64,000 nt of DNA. It comes from Thermodesulfobacteriota bacterium. Lineage in GTDB: Bacteria > Desulfobacterota > Desulfobulbia > Desulfobulbales > JBFMBH01. Below the pieces are notes generated by a model. It did not search any database, had not been told where the DNA came from, and worked only from the letters and a program-made list of their open reading frames with translations. The translations under genes and the position numbers were made by a program. This document shows, piece by piece, positions 61,974 to 64,000 of the stretch. The stretch spans positions 479-64,478 of the forward strand of contig JBFMBH010000005.1 of assembly GCA_040755095.1 (NCBI GenBank). The letters run 5' to 3'. How positions within the stretch are numbered: position 1 is the first letter of the stretch; each line of letters begins with the position of its first letter.

Positions 61974-62531
61974 GTGACCAGCAAGAAGACCACCCTGATG
62001 ACCGCCGAGGACATCGAGAGGGTGCTGCAAAGGATGGCGCTCCAGCTCTTGGAGCGGAACCGCAGCACCGACAAGATCGCGGTCATCGGCATCCACACCG
62101 GCGGGGTCTTCCTGGCCGACCGCCTGCAGCGGCTGATCCGCTCCCTGACCGGCGAGCGGGTGGTGCCGGCAGTGGGCAGCCTGGACATCACCCTCTACCG
62201 GGATGACTGGAGCCTGGCCTGGCAGAATCCGGTGGTGAAGAAGACGGACATCGCCTTCTCGGTGGACGACAAGACGGTGATCCTGGTGGACGACGTGCTG
62301 TTCACCGGCCGGACCATCCGGGCCGCCCTGGACGCCCTGATGGATTTCGGGCGGCCGCACTCCATTCAGCTGGCGGTGCTGGTGGATCGGGGCTGCCGGG
62401 AGCTGCCCATCCAGCCCGATTATGTGGGGCGGGTGGTCCGGACCACGGCCGATGAGCACGTGGACGTGCTTTTGCAGGAAACCGGGGCTACCGACGAGGT
62501 GCTGGTGGAGAGCTTCCGGCCACCCGCCTGA
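61974..62531 (+). CDS. pyrR: Bifunctional pyr mRNA-binding attenuation protein / uracil phosphoribosyltransferase PyrR
   Basis: IAVIGIHTGGVFLADRL...LDITLYRDD...KTVILVDDVLFTGRTIRAALDAL...GRP..IQLAVLVDRG.RELPIQPDYVG. The start is GTG 61974 or ATG 61998. Confidence 0.9.
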   Translation: MTSKKTTLMTAEDIERVLQRMALQLLERNRSTDKIAVIGIHTGGVFLADRLQRLIRSLTGERVVPAVGSLDITLYRDDWSLAWQNPVVKKTDIAFSVDDKTVILVDDVLFTGRTIRAALDALMDFGRPHSIQLAVLVDRGCRELPIQPDYVGRVVRTTADEHVDVLLQETGATDEVLVESFRPPA

Positions 62532-62574
62532 CGGGCGAGCCGTTGTCGTCAGGTCTCTGGGAGGACCCGTGCTC

Positions 62575-63927
62575 ATGATGGTCCGTCCTGATCTGGAGCT
62601 GATCCGGGATCGCATCCGGCAGAAGCGGGCCAACTACATCAAATACGATTTCACCCGCATCCAGAACGACCTCCTCAAGACGTTCTTCGATCTGGCCCAG
62701 GAATTCGACACCCTCCGGGATTTCTTCCGCATCTGCGTCTCCCTGCCTCTGGAGTTCATCAACGTCGAAAGCGCCCTCTATCTGGTCGACGAGGGCCGTG
62801 ACGAGCTGGTGCTGGTCTGCAGCAGCCTGGAAGGCGTCCGGGATGACCGGCCGCCGGCGCCGGCCGGTATCGCACTGGCCGCAGAATCGTACCGCACCGG
62901 CGACTCCTACGTGGTGCCCGTCCACGGCAAGCGGCTGGTGGCCGGCGACATGCCGCTCTTCGAGAAGGACCGGGTGATCGGCATGTTCGAGCTCTTTCCC
63001 AGCTCGCGCCTCACCGGCTCGGATCGCTTCTTTCTCACCAAGTACACCAACCGGATCGGCTTCAATCTCCACAACCGCATCATCTCCCGCCAGAACATCC
63101 GGCACCTCAAGTTCATCAATTCCCTGGTCCGGGACATCGAGCACGACGTCATCGTGCCCAACATGTACTACAAGTACCTGTTCCGGCAGCTCAGGAAGCG
63201 GATCACCGAGATCGCCGCCCTGGAGCAGCAGATGGACGAGGAGCCGGCTACCGGATTGGCGGAGATCCGCACCCGTCTGGCTGGGGTGCACCAGGACCTG
63301 TCCAGCCTGTACGAAGAGCTGCAGAAGCATCACGCCAACATCAGCCTGTTCCTGGAAAGCCTGTTCCGGCGGGACCATTTCGAGGCCGGCCACCTGGTGC
63401 TCCGGCCCCGCACCTGCATCGTCGGCAAGGAGATCGTCGAGCCCCAGCTGTCCCACTATCTCAAGCGCTTCGAGGGCCGGGGCATCGCCGTCGAGTACGC
63501 CGCGGAGATGGCCCAGGAGGAGGTCGCCCTGAGCGTCGATATCGGCCTTCTCTCCCAGGTGTACGCCAACCTCTTCTCCAACGCCCTCAAGTACACCGAG
63601 ACGATCCTCGACCGCTGGGGCCAGCCCCGCAAGACGGTGAGCTACGGCCGGGAATACCACCGCCACTACTTCGGCCCCAACAAGGACGGCATCAAGTTCA
63701 ATGTCTTCACCACCGGCCGGCATCTGAGCCCCGACGAGGGGGTGGCGGTGTTCTCGGAGGGGGTGCGTGGCTCCAACTGCGGCGTCGAGCCGGGAACCGG
63801 CCATGGCCTGTCCTTCGTCAAGCACGTCATCGAGATGCACGGCGGCCGGGTGGGCTACGAGCCCACGGAGCAGGGTAACAACTTCTACTTCGTCCTGCCC
63901 CTGAGCACCATGCCCCTGACCGAGTAG
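62575..63927 (+). CDS. Cytoplasmic sensor histidine kinase (GAF-like N-terminal domain + HATPase_c)
   Basis: No TM segment. GAF-like ...ALYLVDEGRDELVLVCSS...VIGMFEL. ATPase boxes YANLFSNALKYT and GTGHGLSFVKHVIEMHGGRVGYEP...NNFYFVLP. Confidence 0.8.
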   Translation: MMVRPDLELIRDRIRQKRANYIKYDFTRIQNDLLKTFFDLAQEFDTLRDFFRICVSLPLEFINVESALYLVDEGRDELVLVCSSLEGVRDDRPPAPAGIALAAESYRTGDSYVVPVHGKRLVAGDMPLFEKDRVIGMFELFPSSRLTGSDRFFLTKYTNRIGFNLHNRIISRQNIRHLKFINSLVRDIEHDVIVPNMYYKYLFRQLRKRITEIAALEQQMDEEPATGLAEIRTRLAGVHQDLSSLYEELQKHHANISLFLESLFRRDHFEAGHLVLRPRTCIVGKEIVEPQLSHYLKRFEGRGIAVEYAAEMAQEEVALSVDIGLLSQVYANLFSNALKYTETILDRWGQPRKTVSYGREYHRHYFGPNKDGIKFNVFTTGRHLSPDEGVAVFSEGVRGSNCGVEPGTGHGLSFVKHVIEMHGGRVGYEPTEQGNNFYFVLPLSTMPLTE

Positions 63928-64000
63928 GGGCGCCTCCCCTACCGGCCCTTTTCCTGGGCCAGCTCCGCTTCCAGGGCCATGGCCAGGGTCATCTCCTGGC

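Overview
High-G+C bacterial chromosomal window, densely coding on both strands. The gene content (OmcS-type and poly-c7-type multihaem cytochromes, NHL propellers, a COG1900 homocysteine route) suggests a Desulfobacterota/Geobacter-like anaerobe; this is inference only. Two extracellular-electron-transfer (EET) islands sit inside ordinary housekeeping DNA. Island 1 (about 7.6-20.5 kb, minus strand) encodes a TPR protein, a PilZ protein, an OmcS-like heptahaem cytochrome, an NHL/InlB-B-repeat protein and a ~2,600-aa secreted giant. The giant fuses a 13-haem N-terminal module to seven ~124-aa tandem repeats and two parallel beta-helix blocks. Island 1 is bracketed by two lipoprotein-SBP + sensor-kinase modules (2.6-7.6 kb and 20.9-25.5 kb). 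Island 2 (about 38.7-58.2 kb) carries a 5-haem/FN3 cytochrome, a beta-propeller lipoprotein, two more OmcS-like hexahaem genes, an NHL protein and a 12-haem cytochrome. Divergent from these it carries an outer-membrane-barrel-like protein, three paralogous lipoproteins, a SurA/PpiD-like prolyl isomerase, 26-haem and 16-haem cytochromes and another NHL protein. I count 91 haem-c binding motifs in eight genes. Housekeeping genes are panD/panC, xseA, tRNA-Pro(CGG), HU, a LarE-like/COG1900/CBS trio, pheA, tsaD, rsmA, surE, folE2, a standalone IMP-cyclohydrolase domain, purN, class II aldolase and pyrR. No CRISPR array, rRNA, transposase or integrase was seen. All family calls come from reading motifs in the supplied translations and DNA by eye. 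No database search was run, and comparisons to known proteins such as G. sulfurreducens OmcS are from memory and need alignment.
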